DNA of 64,000 bases, taken from the NCBI GenBank assembly GCA_965178125.1, contig OZ237741.1, forward strand, positions 1,054,001-1,118,000, in the 5' to 3' direction. The stretch comes from Bilabrum cf. latius (Eukaryota). A program made the position numbers and the translations under genes. The notes beneath the pieces are model-generated. The model was not told where the DNA came from and searched no databases. It saw only the letters and a program-made list of their open reading frames with translations. Positions 23,664 to 38,600 of the stretch are shown here, in pieces; within the stretch, counting starts at the first letter, position 1, and every line of letters begins with the position of its first letter.

Positions 23664-26600
23664 TCACGTACCTGCACCACCGGTGGCTTCCCCACCCTCC
23701 TTGCCGCCCTCTGCTCCCTCCTTCTTGGAGCCTTCGAGGCTCTCCCACGTGACTTCAAAGAGCTCTGCGTGGCTGACCAGGTAGTCCCCCGCGGAACCAG
23801 CCAGCAGCCAATTGGCAGCTTTTTCCATATCGCCGTCGTTCTCATCCAGGGCAGCCTTGTAGATCCCCGCCGGCATGTCGCTGCCGCTGAGCTCTTGCAG
23901 CTGCTTCATCTTGGCGATCACTTCGGGAGCAATCGTCTCCTTGCTGCCCCCTGCCCCGGCAGCATCACCAGCCGCGGTCTCTTCGTCTGCGCCAATGTAG
24001 GCCGCCCACAGCCGATCGGCCTCGGGGTCGATGCCGATCTTGTCGAGCCCAGCCTTGACCTCTCCCCTCATACGGACGAGAGTCTCCCGGTGGCTCTTGT
24101 TGGTGGACGTCTTGGCCTCCTCGATCCACTTGTCGATCTATTGAAGGATGTACGGCCCCTTGATCTGAAAGTGCGCCTTGATGACGTCCTCGAAGCCCTT
24201 GTACGGCTTCTGCAGCATGTCGATCATGCCGCACTGGATGGACCTCTCGCGGATGTGCTCGTACCCTCCATTGTCCTCATACCGGTTGATGCGATCTCCG
24301 CTAGGCGTGCCGCGGGACTGCTCCACGCTGGGCTCGTTGAAAGCTGGCTCGGGGACGAGGATGAGACCCTGGATGCTCACCAGGACCTGCTGCATGGTGG
24401 ACTGCTTGGTCCACCCCTCGGCCTTGCCGCCCCCGCTCCAGGTCCCAAGCAAGGACAGGCACACCTTGCCGTTGGCGTACAAGCTGCGAGAAAGTAAGAA
24501 AGGTGCAATGGTTTTAGAAGAGATGGAGAGGACAAATAAACCCGACATTGCTCGCAAGGAAATTTCGGCAGTCAGGAGGAACCAACGTAGGTAGACGAAG
24601 TCTGGGCGCGTTCTGCTCACTTGGGGTTCAGGCGCATCCTGCCACCATGCGTGGTCACAATGTTGCACTCAGGCGGCCCCTTGGGATAGTCCTTCTTGGC
24701 CAAGATGTCGAACACGAGGGCGGCGCTGTCGTAGGGCGTGTCCTCCACCCCGCCGATGAAGGCTCGCATGACGTACGGCCTGCGCTTGTCGTACCGCACC
24801 ACGATGCTGGAGGCCCACGAGTTTGGCAGGCCGGTTGTCATCGCTCTCGTCTCGTTCATGACCCGCTGGGTGACTGCTGGCTTGTACTTGCCCTGCGACT
24901 TCATCTTTGAGAGGTACTTGTACCCTGGCCCCGCCAGAGCCTTCATGCTGGTGCACAGGTTCAGGTCTGCCATCCTCTCTGCGTACAGCTTCTTCAGAGC
25001 CTCAAGAGCTGCGCTGGAGCTGGGAGCCGGTCCACCAGCACCAGCCCCAGAGGCGGCCGGCCCTTCGTCCTGCCCATCTCGGGACGATGCCCGGGCCAGC
25101 CTCGCCGCAGCCAGCTTCTCCTTATGCTTCTTAACGGCCTCCTCGGCATCTTTCGTCGTCGAGACGATCATGCGCATCACGCTGACCGCCACAGGGTCAA
25201 CCTGGGGCCGCTCCAGTGCGCCACCGTCGCTGCCTGTGCTAGACTCCCGCATAGCAAGCGGAGCACTTGTCAGCAGCGGGTTGCTTCCACCTGGCTTGCC
25301 AGCGCTCGCTGATTCCCCGCCAGCGGGTGGCACCTCCCCAGTCTTGCCGTCATCCTCGTCCTCATCAATGGTCTCCAAAAACTGGCGGCAGGTCCGAGCT
25401 AGCCGCTTCATTGAGGCGAGAATACCTTCTTCTGCATCTGCGATCACAACCCTCGAATCACCAGCAGCCTCCTCCTAGCTGGCACCACCTGCAGCAGCAG
25501 CAGAAGCGGACGTGCCAGAGGCACTCTTGTCCGCCTCCAGGCCAGCTCCATCGCCGCCGGTATCTGTCTTGGCTTCGGTCGAGCCGTCCGGATTCGACTC
25601 GCCAGCGGATGCACCTTCGCCCTTCGTTGACAATGAGCCCGCCGATGGCCTTGAGGTCGTGCTGGCGGCGGCGGCGGCAGCACTCGCACCAGTGTCTAGC
25701 GTGCTGTCAGCGTCATTCGCGTAGATCGCATCCATTGGCTCTAGCACGGAGGGACCCCCGGGGCACCTACCCAGAGCGCGCACCAGAGCAACCATGCCCG
25801 TGAACACTGCGGGCTCGTCCCTGATGTCCGGCTCACCCTGATGACTCATAGCCCGGATCAGCTTGGGGACGCAGGACGACTGCATGCAGCGCAGCAGAGC
25901 CTCCGTTCCGGCAACAGGCGCGCTGCTTGACGAGTCGTCTCCAAGTGCCTCCACCAGCAAGCTGGCCGCTCGGATGGCAACGGCGGACTGTTCCCTGCGT
26001 AGACGCTGCCTCTCTACGATGGATTGATCGATGCCTTGATCTGCACCACCCTCATCTCCGTCGTAGCCGTACCCAGTGCCTTTAGCCCACGGCCGTTTCT
26101 TCCCATCATCTGCTTCCCGTGCTAGCCTCTTCTTCTCCTCAGCTCTCCACTGGATGCGTCGCTGCGCCTCAAGCGCATCCTCGTCCTGCACGTGCCCTAG
26201 GCCATCTACATGCCTTGGCTTGATGTCTCTCGCACCGCTCAGGAGGAGTAGGATGCCGTCTAGGACACCTGCTTCCACACACGCTGCAGCGAGCTGGCTG
26301 CGGTTCTGCCTCGGTATGCCGCGTAGGGACTGCAGCACTGGCTTGAGGAGCAGATTTTCAGGGTCTTTCGCTGCTTCAGGGGAGCTGAGCCCTGGCTTGA
26401 TGAAGAGAGGCATAGAGTCGACGTACGGCAGACCGGCCTCGTACGGGGGCGCCACTTGGCTGGGTGTGGAAGCCTTGAGAAGAAGGCCGTCGGTGGACGC
26501 CTTACCGCCAGGGGAAACCGAGTCGCTGGCAAGGATTGTCAGCATCAGCGCGCTGCAATCCTGGTCGCTCCTGAAGGAGCCCCCAAAGCCAGGGATGCTG

Positions 26601-29600
26601 TCAAGCACCTGTACCAGGCGGATGAAAGACCACCAGCGGTAGGCCGGTGTGCCGTGGGGTCCCAGCATGGTATCCAAAATGTCACGGCTCCTAGCCTCCT
26701 CGACCCCAGTCTTGAGCTTGGTCTGGAGCTGCTTTACGACTAGTGTAATCTGGCTTCGAGACGCCTTCTTCGGGGCCAAGTTTTCACCGCCAGCGGTCGG
26801 TGCAGTAGAGGTCTCTTTGGTCTCAGCGATGTTACTCGGGCTCTTGGCAGGAATCGGAGCGGTTGTTTCAGATGCAGGCTCCCCAGCATCGGAGCTTGCA
26901 TGCTGAACAGCATCTTGTTTGCCAGTCTCAACATCGGCACTCTTCTCTGCCCCGTTCTCTGAGCCGACCTCGTCAGAGTCATCGCCATCTTTCTTGTCTG
27001 CACTCGGTTCGAACTCAAGCATGAGCACCGACTCCCGCGCGTCGTCGGTGCTGCTCCCTCCCCCTAGCTTCTCGATTGCATCCGCAAAGGTGAGCTGAGG
27101 ATCCACGGAAGTGGTGTCTAGGTGCTTACACAGCCTGGCACTCCACTCCATCGCATCCTTGTCATCCTCCAGGAAGGCCCGCTCGAGACTCGCGATCTTG
27201 ATGGTTGCTGGCACTCGGAGCACCAGCAACCCGGATCCCACAGCCAGTCCGAGCGTCTCACTTCTAGCTCTCACCAGCGCGGGGCCGTCGGGGACCAGGC
27301 GAGAGGCCACCGCCACGGGTGCATCCACCGCAGACAGCTGCAGTCCACCGATGCCGCCTAGGCTGTGTCCCCCTTGCTCGCTGCTCGCGCCAGAGCCACC
27401 ATCCGAAGACAGGACGGCGCCGCTCGAGTCAAGCAGAGTGCATTCGGCCACATCGACTGTGACCCCGCCAGAGGATTTCATTGGAGGCACCAGCATGCTC
27501 AGCGTGCCACCATGGCACATGGGGCCTCCGTACCCACTCCGGCAGACGTGCTCCGCGTTCTGTGCCAGCGCCTCAAGCTCGAACACATGAGATTCTTTCG
27601 GCCACTGGTCCTTGTCACTGCTTCCGGATTTTCTGTCTGCTCCCGGCTGCTGCAGATCGAGAGCCAACGAAGCGTCGTCGGCGTTGAAGGTGGCCGTGAT
27701 TCGGCATGACACTGCATCCTTGGTGACCCTGGTAGAAGCATCGATGCCTTGCAGCAGCAGCGGATGGTTCGTAGACCTAGAAACGTTAGCACCCGAAGCC
27801 TTCTTCGACCCATCTAGGTAGACTGTCACCGGCGAGCAGCCCACGCCACCTGATGGGGGTGCTGAGCCGCTCACATACTGCGAGAACGACGCGATGGACG
27901 GGGTAACCTCAACCGCAAGCCCACGAAGGGATGAACCAGGCTAGATCGAGACATCAAACACCACGCGCAGTCTTCGAGCCTTGGTGACTGCAGGCATATG
28001 CCTGATGGCTTCTAGTAGGCTGTCGTGGGCAGACTTGGCCGGGGCAAGGTGGCCTTGCTGCACAACCGTTTCGATCTTTTGCAAGTTGGTCTAAGTTGAC
28101 ATCCCCGGTGGGACGAAGTGGTCCTGCTTGTACAGCTTGCGATCGTGCCCTACAAAGCAGTGATCGTCCTTGATCGGGGAGTTGGGACTCAAATAGCCCA
28201 TCTTGGAGAGAATGTCCTGCGCGGTCCGTGGCTTCCGGAGGCTGCCAGCAAATGTGACGAACGGCCGCACGCCGACCCGGTACGAAGGCACGGTGCCATA
28301 GTACGTCGACCCGCTGTAGCTCTGTGCGCCGAAGCTTGAATAGGAAGCAGACGGCTTGCTCGATTTGGAGGAAGAGGTACTGCCACCAGCTGCGTCCATC
28401 AAGTCTCCCGTGTCCACAGTGTCCCACGCTAGCTCCTGCTCAAGCAGTCCTGACAGGCCGTCCTACTCGATCCACGCGCTGTCTTGCAAGAAGGCAAGCC
28501 CACCGGCATCGCCAGAGCCTAGGGTCAATGAAGAGCTTGGTGCAGACGAGTCCGACTTCGACCTAGTCTCGCCAAAGTGAACAGCAGTACCCTACACCTT
28601 TGGAATCTAGACCGCCCCGAGCGACCTGTGCGACATCACAAAAGGCTTTCTCAGCTCGTTTGGCGCGTCTTCCTTGGTGCATGCATCATGCATTCTGTAC
28701 AGCGCGACCCTCTGCTTGATAGAAAGAGTGATGCCAGGGCAGGTCTTATCGAATGCCTGACTCTTCTTCTGGTAGGCAGCGTCAAAGCCCTGGATGGCCT
28801 TGACAGACAGGTAAAGGGCCGTGGGGCTGTCCTCTGCTGGAAGGAGCTCCTTCTCCTCTCCAGCGAGAGCCCCCGACTCGTCTCCTTGCGAACCCTGGAG
28901 CAACGCGGCCAGCTGCTCGTCGGCAGCCTGCTCCACTGCCTGCTGCAGGACATCCTGGGAGGCTGCATTCCCGGCGTCGCCCATTTCTTCAGCAGGACCT
29001 CCGGCTCCCGAGACGGCCGTCTTGCCGCTCTCACTAGAACCGGTGCCTGCTGTCCCTGCCTTGCTGTTCGGCACAGCAAGATCTGTGCTCCCGCTTGCTC
29101 CCACAAGTCTCTGAAGCCAGGTAGCTCGGCGAGCCCGCTTCTCTGGAGTGATCGCCAGCGCCTTCTGGCTGGACAGGATAGAGATCTTGGGTGACATGTA
29201 CATCCAGTCTGTACCCCGCGATGGCCCTCGCACCACAACAGTGATGAGGTCTGCAGTGAGGGCCTGCTGCCGCAGCAGAGCCGCGGAGAACCCGTGCGGT
29301 CCCTATTCCTGGGACTCGAGTGCATCCGAGAGCACCTCGGACGCGCACACCTGAGCCGCGGTATTGTGCGAGCACACTCCCCGCACAAATCGCAGTGCCA
29401 CTGCCTGGGCCAACGGCGTGAAGTGATCGCTGCCGGAAACGACGAAGGCTCGGATGACCGGTTCCAGGCACACCTTGCCCAGCTCCTACTTGATTGCCCG
29501 TGACCCCAGAGCAGCCGACTCCAAGAAGCGCAAGAGTGCGGCCACCAGCAGCGAACGAAAGCTAAGAACACGAGCTATTTTCTCGACGTGCGACCTCGCG

Positions 29601-32600
29601 GCACTGCCTCCTGCCTCAAGCGCACTGGCCCTCGTCGCTGCAGCGAGCGCCCCAGCGTCGGACTCGGCCAACTCCTGCTGAGATCTGGTCGACGATGCCA
29701 TCACGGCGGCGCAGATCTAATTCACAGCATCAACTGCCCCCAGAAACACGGGAGACAGTGCGCTGCTGCTGCTCTCACTCGAGACAGTGGCGATTGGAAG
29801 CGAACACAACGATGCGAGCGCGCCTGCCACGCGAAGTTGGGCTAGCAGAGCTTCGGGTGGCGCTTCAGGAGATGGCTCTCCATCATCGAGTTCCGCGGAC
29901 GTTGTACCGGCGGCAGCAGCGGCGCTGGCCGATAATGGCTTCGCTTCGGCAGTGGCCCCCACACCGTTGTCAGCTTCAAGTTCAACTGGATCTGTGCTAG
30001 CGTGGGCTGCAGCTGCAACCATAGAGTCCACACAGCCGCCCATCACCCCGAGTGCATCTGCAATGGCACCATCAAGCGTGGAGCGCGGGGTGCTGCCAGC
30101 GTCGCCAATGAGGTCTTTGCCGTCCCACCCGCGCAGGATATACAGGGCTTGGCACAGGATCGCAGTGGCGACAGACTATCCCCGTGACAGCGGGTTGTTC
30201 CCCGCTGCGACTTTAGCAGCCAGTTCAACGCAGCGGAACAGCTTCTTGGGCACATCGGTGCCCCTCAGGTGACTGAGCAAGCTGCGCATGTTTCGTGTCC
30301 CACACTCCGTAAACACTGTTGCAACTCGCTCCGCATCTCGGATATGCGTGCCCAACGAACGGATCGACGAAGTTGCCTCGGGGAGTCCCATCGCACTACC
30401 TGAATCTGATCCCGCCCCGCTCGCTGCGGGACAGCTCGGATGCCTGCTCTCGTCAGGGGACTGACCCGCGAGAGATTGTAGGGCCACGGAGGCCCTATCA
30501 AGCACGCTACTGAGAATGATCTCAGCTGAGCGCTTGGGAGGCAAGAGAGATTGCTTGGCTACGTCTTTGCTCACAGAGGTGCACGCGCAGCCCATCTCAG
30601 CGATCGTGCCCAGGATCAACATGCCAGTGGTCTGCTGCAGCCTCGCAGACTCTGCATTATCTGGCATGGTAGTCTCGCAGTAGCGGCGCAGCACATGCTC
30701 GTCCTTACAATAGGCCATTGCGGTGCCCACGTAGATGCAGTGGATGTAAGAGGCAGCGACGTCTTCACAGCGCAGTATGTGCTGCAGCACCCGCTCGCAG
30801 GACTCTGCCAGCTCGCCTTGCCGCAGCAAACTGTGCGACGAGAGCGTGGTCGCCATCATCGTGTCCACGATCCCGTGTGACGAGTCGATAACATCCTCGC
30901 TGGAAACCGTGTCAGGCTGCTCCATGGGATCTACTGTGGCACTGACGTGGAAGATGGTCGCAGGCGCCGCCACGAAGAAGGACACTGCCAGCTGCAAGAG
31001 CGGCCTGTCTCCGCTTAGCAGGCGCTTCGTTGGAACCTTCAGGCGCGCAACGACGAGCCGCGGCCCGCTTGAACCGGCGTCGATGACACTGTCCTAGTCA
31101 GCCTCCTTGAACACGGCTTGGCCGAGGCCAAGCTCAACCACGCCTCCCTTGCCCACCTGGCTGCCTTCCTCCACTGAGCCCTCGCTGCTGGCATGCACAA
31201 CGCTGGCCCGAAGGATAGGGTACCTGTCCTTCCTACTGGAGTAGTGCACGATCGAGCGCACAGCGGCTGCACTCAGTACGATCCACATCTCGATCTGCAC
31301 GGTGCCCCTAGTGTCAATTGGCGAGCCCTTCGACAGGTCAGTCTCGAGGAGCACCTTCCAGAACTCGCTGGCGGCAAATGTGGCCTCCAGGCACTTGGAC
31401 GACCGGTCTCCGTCCCACGACACGTCCTGCTTGATAGCAGTCAGTTCGCTCGACTTCAGGCCCCTGCTTCGTATCGTGGCAGTGGGAAGATCGTCCCCAC
31501 TATCAATCTTGGACACAAAGCCTTGGTGCACCATCTCGTGCTGCACCTGGTTAGATAGTGTGAACTTATGGTCTTCAGAGGGCTCGGCTGATCGTATACG
31601 TGGCAGCTCCTCCGGCTCTGCTGCACCTGTCTTGGACTGCTCGGGTCCTTTTGTGGTTGCCTCTGCAGCGGTTTCGACTTGGAAACCACCCTGATGTTCT
31701 GCAGAGCTGCTGCTCGAGGCATCCATCTCCGTGCTTGGTTTACTGGCTGACCCTTCCACTGTCTGCAGGCTATCAAAGAACTTGGTGCAATGCTGCAGGT
31801 CAGCCCTCCCTCCCAGCACCCCGACCACCCGTACCCCCCTTGCAATGAGGTCTCGACGAGCCGCGGGCTCTTCACCGGTATCTCCAGTGAGCGATCGGCT
31901 GACGCCACTGCTGTCTCCCTAATCGGTCCCAAGACGAGGCACGAGCTGGCACACGGCCTGGTCAAACGTAGACGCCAGATCAGAGATCTAGTCCTCGTCC
32001 AGGAGGTGCACCACCGTAACCAGCAAGTTCCGCAGCAGGTCAGACCTGTAGTAGCCAGATTTCATGGCTACGTCCGGGTTCCAATGAGCCAGCTGCTTGA
32101 TCACCTCTGCATATACAAGACGCAGCGCGTCGGAGCTCGGCTTGAAGTCGAAGGCAACTAGCTTCCGCGCAATATCGACAAAGGTTGTAAGGCCTCCGGT
32201 GTCGTCCGACGGAAGGCACTGCTTCGCGTCGGTTGAACAGAAGCGCACCATGTCTGCCACGAAAGTCTTGGTCCTGCTCTTATCCATACGTACGAGTGCC
32301 CTGTTCGGCGGATTCGCTGAGTCGTCTGCACCGAGCAGAGATGCCGGCATGCCGAGCTGCTTCATGAAGTACACGATCCTGTACTAGTACTCCAGGGAGG
32401 AAACCGTAGTCGAGCAGTAGTTCAGGTAGACTCGCTTGCCGCTGCCTGAGGCCGCCCCGGATCGCATCTTATCAAAGACGCGGAGGCAGGTGAGCATCCC
32501 GAGGTGCACAGATCTGCGGAGGTAGACGGCCGCCTGCGTCTGCAGCTGGGCCCTACTGGGCTCTGACATGCACGACTTCACAAAGTCCTTGTCCATGAGC

Positions 32601-35600
32601 TTCTCGATCATGACAACGGCGCAATACACGGCATCCACCCCCACGTTGATGCAAGCAGCTTGCAGAGAGCTCGATACCGGTTCATAGCCGGCTTCGTTCG
32701 CAAAGCTAGCACCGTTGTCGTGCAGCATCACGTTCATCACCTGCAGGTTGGTCATGCTCTTGCAAGCACACAGCATGGCAGCTGTCAGGTGGTGCGCGAT
32801 AATCTTCGGAGCTGCATCATCCTCTGCATCGGAGCCGGCGGCCGCACTCGTCACCACCGCAGACGTGTCCACAGGAAGTCCAACCATCTCAAGCACCTTT
32901 TCGCAGCCAGAGAGAGACTTGGAACGCGACACGCTGCCGAGCTTGCGGAACAGCCTCGTGCTGAGCGCGAGAAGCTCTTTCAGCTGATTGTCCCTGCGCT
33001 TGCGACCCTCGGTGTCGGCCTGGTGGCCCGCGGAGCTCGAGGAGCTGCTCCTGCGAAGTGGAGCTGCGGGCCCAAGTGCATCGCTCTGACAGTCGCCGTC
33101 AAGTTCCGATTCTGGCAGGAGGGCCGTATCATAGCGAGGCAATAAACCGGCAACGATGCGGGCAAGAAGGCCGCAAATAGTGCTGTTCCAGTCGTCGCAG
33201 TTCCACTCCGGGACCGGCACGGCTAGCTTTCCTTGCCTGCTCTGGATGCACATGACACCCATGACGCCTACATCGCTCAAACGACCCGAGCACAAGAACC
33301 CCACGATGGATTCCAGCGATACACACATGGGGTCCGACTTTCGGACAGCTGAAGAACCGCAAGCGGCCAGATACTCAGCCATGCGCGCGACCGCGTTGAT
33401 CTCCTGGCGCAGCCGGGTGGCCGGCTTGGTTTGAGCAGTGGCTGCCGCTGTGGCCGACGGTTGCGCTAGCACCACCTGCATGGCATCATTCAGAAGTCCA
33501 GCGTCCTCCAGATCTCCAGCAGGTGCGACGTTCTCAATGATCCTCGAGGCGATGCCGTCTGAAGCTGCATCGATCTCGCTGGCGGACAGCTGGGTGGATA
33601 CCCCCGCCGGCGACTCTGCCGAGCTGCTACTGCTGCCGCCTAATCCCATCGTATCAGCGATGGTGCGGAGCGACTGCAGCAGCCCTAGAGCCATTGTACG
33701 GATGCGATCGCTGCGCTGGCGGAGCGCTGCAGCCAGTAGACAATCATCGTCACCGCCATCCGTGGAATCCCCAAGCAAGGCACGCAGTGCACGTGCAGCG
33801 GCGTCCAACACAGGCTGCGTTGGCCCCCTCTGGCTCTTGTGCTCCACGACAGCAGAGCGCACGACATTCAGCTGCACCAAAGCAGGCTCCAGGACCTTGC
33901 AAATCTACTGCGGCTCCGCGCCCTGCGCTCGCTTCAGCAGAGCAGTGGCTGATTGCAGGGGCGCCGTTAGCCAAGACAGGCGGACGTCTGGCGAGGCCAC
34001 CTCAGCGAAGGCGTCGACTGCCTTAGCAAAAAGCTCTTGGATACGAATGCCAAGGCGCATTGCGGCCACTGAATGCGACGCGGCGCCAGACTGCTGCTGC
34101 ACCATGGCCAAAGCAACCAGACCAACTGCGCTGGGCCTGTCTTCTGAAGCGATAACTACACCTTGCTCCGCCTCTTGACTTCTTTGGGTTGCATCATCAG
34201 TTGCCATAGAGCATATTGCTGCTTTGAGCAGCTCAAGCCCGATCAAAGGCTCAAATCCGTGATCTGCTCTTTGGTGCAGCACCGAGAATGCGTGCAGAAA
34301 CGAAGCGCTTGCCGACTCGACCGAGCCATGCTCAGCAGCACCTCGAATGATTGCAGCCAGCCCCTCGGCAGCGCTTTCGGGCTCGATGTAGCCGGCCTGC
34401 ACGAGGCAAACCATCTGCTGCACCACCCTTAGCACCACGCTGGGACTACGAACCAGGTCGCCCAATCGCTGCACGGCATCAGCCAGTACCGCTGACGAGT
34501 CCGCACCACTGCAGATCCATGCAAGCAGGCTAGCTAGAGTTGGCACCTTTGACTCCGAAACCGCGACCGTGGCCAGCAGAGAACGCACCTCTAGTCCGGC
34601 CCGCCGCGCGGCCGCCCGTGTGATGAGCATCTGCGGCTACGCGATCCCGGTGACCCTCATCCACGAATTGCGAACTGACGATGCCGCGGGGAGCAGGGGG
34701 TGTTCCGCCGTTTCGCTAGTGTTGTCCACTGCCTTTGACAGAATGTCCACAACTGACGCTGATACTTTCTTTTGCGATGCAGAGGCCAACGACGTGCCCG
34801 TCTCATCGTCCAGCATTCTGCGCTTGCGTATTGGGCTTGCAAGCCACGGTTTCCCGCCCACGGCAGTCATTGCAGCAACCTGTGACAGGAACTGATTGCA
34901 AGTGTGATCCATGGATCCACATGCTTCCACAAGTACTCTTTCCGCGTCTGCAAGGCTGGATGCCACCTTGTCGTGGATCGGTATTACATCTGCCCCCCCG
35001 GCTCCCGAGGCCGGCCCCGCCGGCTCTCCCAGTGCCTCTTCTGCAGCCCCGATTGGCTGCAGGATAAGGTGGCACGACGTGGCTGTGCCTGACACCGATG
35101 TCGCGCCGGCAGCAACAGATATGGTCAAGTAACGTCCGCGCGCAGAAGCATTCTTGGCAATAAATCCTCCGTCTTTCGCGTCTCCGCTAGCGTCCTCGTC
35201 GGCTACTGGGAAGCAGCTGGACTCCGTCCATTCTGCAATCATGTCGGGCGTTTCCTGTGGATACACATCGCACGTAAATCCACTTGGATGAGTTGGACAG
35301 GCGCATACAACGGCACTGCGAGCTGCTCTAATGGCATCGGCGGACTTCTTGGAGGACAGGGGCTCGCCCAAGCCGACTGAGCTTGTGACCGGAGCCAAGA
35401 GCGACAGCCCTGGCAACTTTCTGGGTAGCGAAAGTGCCAGTCTCGATCCTGAGAATGTGGAGCCCTCCTGCAGGGTGGCACTCGTCACAAGCTGGCCCTC
35501 CTTGACACCGGACCAATCGAACGAACCTGCATTAGCCAGCTTGCTGCAGGACACGAGCTCTACTCTGGGACCCTGCTCATCGGAAGGTCTTCCGGGGCTC

Positions 35601-38600
35601 GCCTCCCATTCATTGCTGTCCTTCTCGCACGCAAAGGCTACGAGTGGGCGGAGAAGCTTGCCCACATTGTCCACAACCTCCACCGCCCGAAGCTCCGAAT
35701 CGGAGGACCACGCAAGTGAATCGGCCTCCTCATCAGCCTCGCCGGATACGGCCACTGTCGCATCTGGCTCGCTGGTAGGTGCAGAATCGACGTCGTCTTC
35801 AAATCGCAGTCTCTTGCTACCACTCATGCTCTTGCTGCTGCTCTGGAAGCTGGTCGAGGCTGCCACACCATCCTACGACTTGATTCCTATCCGAACGACG
35901 CTGGGCTTGCCCACCCGTTTTTCGTACACAATTCGCACGGTAGCCTTGGTGAACTTCTTCGGAGCGGGAACTGTCCGGTGCAAGTTGGTGACCAGGCCCA
36001 CCTGCTTTGGCATTGTGCCTTCCTTAGGCTGGACGACGACACCAGACCACGCGTTCACGAGGACAGCGCCTCTCTCCAGCCAAGCCATCCCCTTGACTCC
36101 ATACCTGGGATCGTAGGACTAAAAAGGGTTCCCGTTCTGGTCCTTCGCTTGGCTGACTGGGCTATTACCAGCTGGAAGATGTCTAATGAGTATCCCGTTG
36201 TCATCCGAACCCAAGCCGATCCACGCATCCGCGATAGAGTCCGCCTCTACAACCCAGCGCATTTCCCAGCGACCCGTAGTCGCCTGGAGCACGGGACCGA
36301 CGAACGAGAAAGCGATGCTATCTTCGCGAACACCTGAGCGCCCCGTGGACCTGCCTTCTGCAAGGCGCTTGCTCTCGATGGTGTACTCGAGGTTCCGCTC
36401 CACGGTTGCAGACACCGATTTCTGCTCGCTGCCACGGTAGGTACGAGCCAAGAAGGCCTTTTCTGTGGCCATTGCAAGCGTTTTATTTGCATGGACACAG
36501 TGCGAATGATTGTCCTCCTGGTCAGCGATGTCCACGCGCAGCTATTCAGTCTTGGACGACTACAGCTGCAACGGCTCCTCAGTCAGCGCCACCTGCATTT
36601 GGACCCCGTTCTGAAACCTGCCCTCGCCGTACACTCGGAGCACTATGTTGACAGCATCGATCTGGCACATAGTTCCGAGGTCGAACTGAACCGCAGACTC
36701 TCCGTGAACGGCCGAAGTCACGCCAAGCTTGGCCTCAATCGCACCGCCGCCTAAGCCAGCAGCAACGCCGTGCCTCTGGGGGGTAGCTCCAGCATCTGCG
36801 AGGACCTTGGGGTCGTTCTAATCGGCTTTTGACGCGAGCATCAGCTGAGCGGCAGCAATTTGGGCTGCAAGCGAGGATCTAATGCACCTGACACTGCCAT
36901 CGCCAGCACGGCACAACAGCACAGGCACCATATTGACTGGGCGCGCGAGATTCGTGTCGCATAGCAGTGGCACTTCATCTGGCCGGATGCTACCGGTCAC
37001 GGGCCAAGAGCCCGGATCGATCTCAGCGAACTCAGACCGTAGCAGCGCGTCAGTGGATCGATCGTCAGAGCTGGGGGAGCTCGTGGCAAACCTGAGGGCC
37101 AATTCGGCCAATTTCAATGAGGCTCGCTGCCAAGCGCTCCCTTGGCCATCCGAGGACACGTGCTCTTCCTGTTGCTTGCTTTCCTCCGCGCCGGCACCGC
37201 TGGAAGCGGAGGACGTTGAGCTACCCGCCATGAGTGCTCGCGCAACGGTGAGGACCGACTCGAGAGCCACGAGGGGTACATCGAGTGCGTGGGACGCGAC
37301 AGTAGACCCACCTAGCTCCTCTCCAAAAGACTTGGAAAGCGAAGCCAGGACCATGGCTCTAAGGCTGTCAGCCGCTTCTAAGAATCGTTGGTCTGCCCCT
37401 TGGTCCTCCTTGGCATGGCTGTACATGGTGGTGATTAGACTGGCTCCCGCTCGAGCGACATCGAGATCGTCCACGTTGACGCAATACTAGAAGATACCAG
37501 CGGCAGTCCGACAGAAATCGCTCGCTTCAATGTGGAAACTCGTGTCAGAACCACTGGTGTGCGCAAGCAGCCCAGCGATGGCGAGGAGACGTGATTGCAT
37601 GCTGCCAACCCCGAATGGCCTGCTGCAATTTGGCTGGGCGAGAGCACCTAAAATGTGTTCTATCATTCCGGGGCTTCCAATGTACTTGACCCGACCAGCA
37701 ACGGACCATTTGGGCGGTTCCATCGGTGAAGAGCTGTCCGAGCCTGCCACGTGTTGCATGGACAGAGACAACGAGTCGGCATGCCAGCAAGTCCCCGTGC
37801 TAGTCCCCGGCTCTGCTCCTTCCTCCGGAGACGAGACCACGACGACGAGGCCTCGGGCAGGCCATCCGGGAGGAACTGCGATCGACGTGGGTCGAGAGTG
37901 ATTCTAGCTTAGAGGCATGATCTCATCGTACACAGCCTCACCAAGCAGTGCGTGCGGGGCTTCGATACTCTCGCACAGCTGCAGATCGCTGATGCTCATG
38001 CCACTGTTGGCCTACCCAGCCTCAACCTGACGCCAGGCAGGCATGGGGTACAAGCGGATGCGCACGCCTGGGCTCAAGTTTCCAGAGCTTGACTTCTCCG
38101 ATGCTGGTGCCGGAACAGTGCGAATAGCAATCATATCTTTCGTCTTGCTCTGGGCTCTGTCCATCTGGGTCCAAATCCGGGGGCACGGAATCTCAAGGTC
38201 GCTGGGTTCACTCGACCTCGCCTTATCGACAGATACGCTCGACGTTCGGCCCATAGCTGACGAGTCGCCCATTGAAGCAGCAATAGCGGCTGCAAATCTC
38301 TCATCTTCCGTCATTGAGTCTAACGGACGACCTTCTGCAGTTGCTTTGTGTCCCGACGAGGCTCCATCGGCAGCAGCCCCGCCCGCCGCAACCGCAGCCA
38401 CATCGGCAGCAGCAAGACCACTGATCACATCCCTGTCTTGGTAGTAGCCCCCTGATAGGCACACTGTGCTGGGCTGCGTGAACATGAGCAACCCATCGCG
38501 CGCAGTCTCCTTGTTGTTTAGTACCAAGGCCTGGGATTCTGACACGGCGTGTGGTGCGGACTGCCACGCCCAGCTCACTGGCAAGCTAGCTGACTCGCTC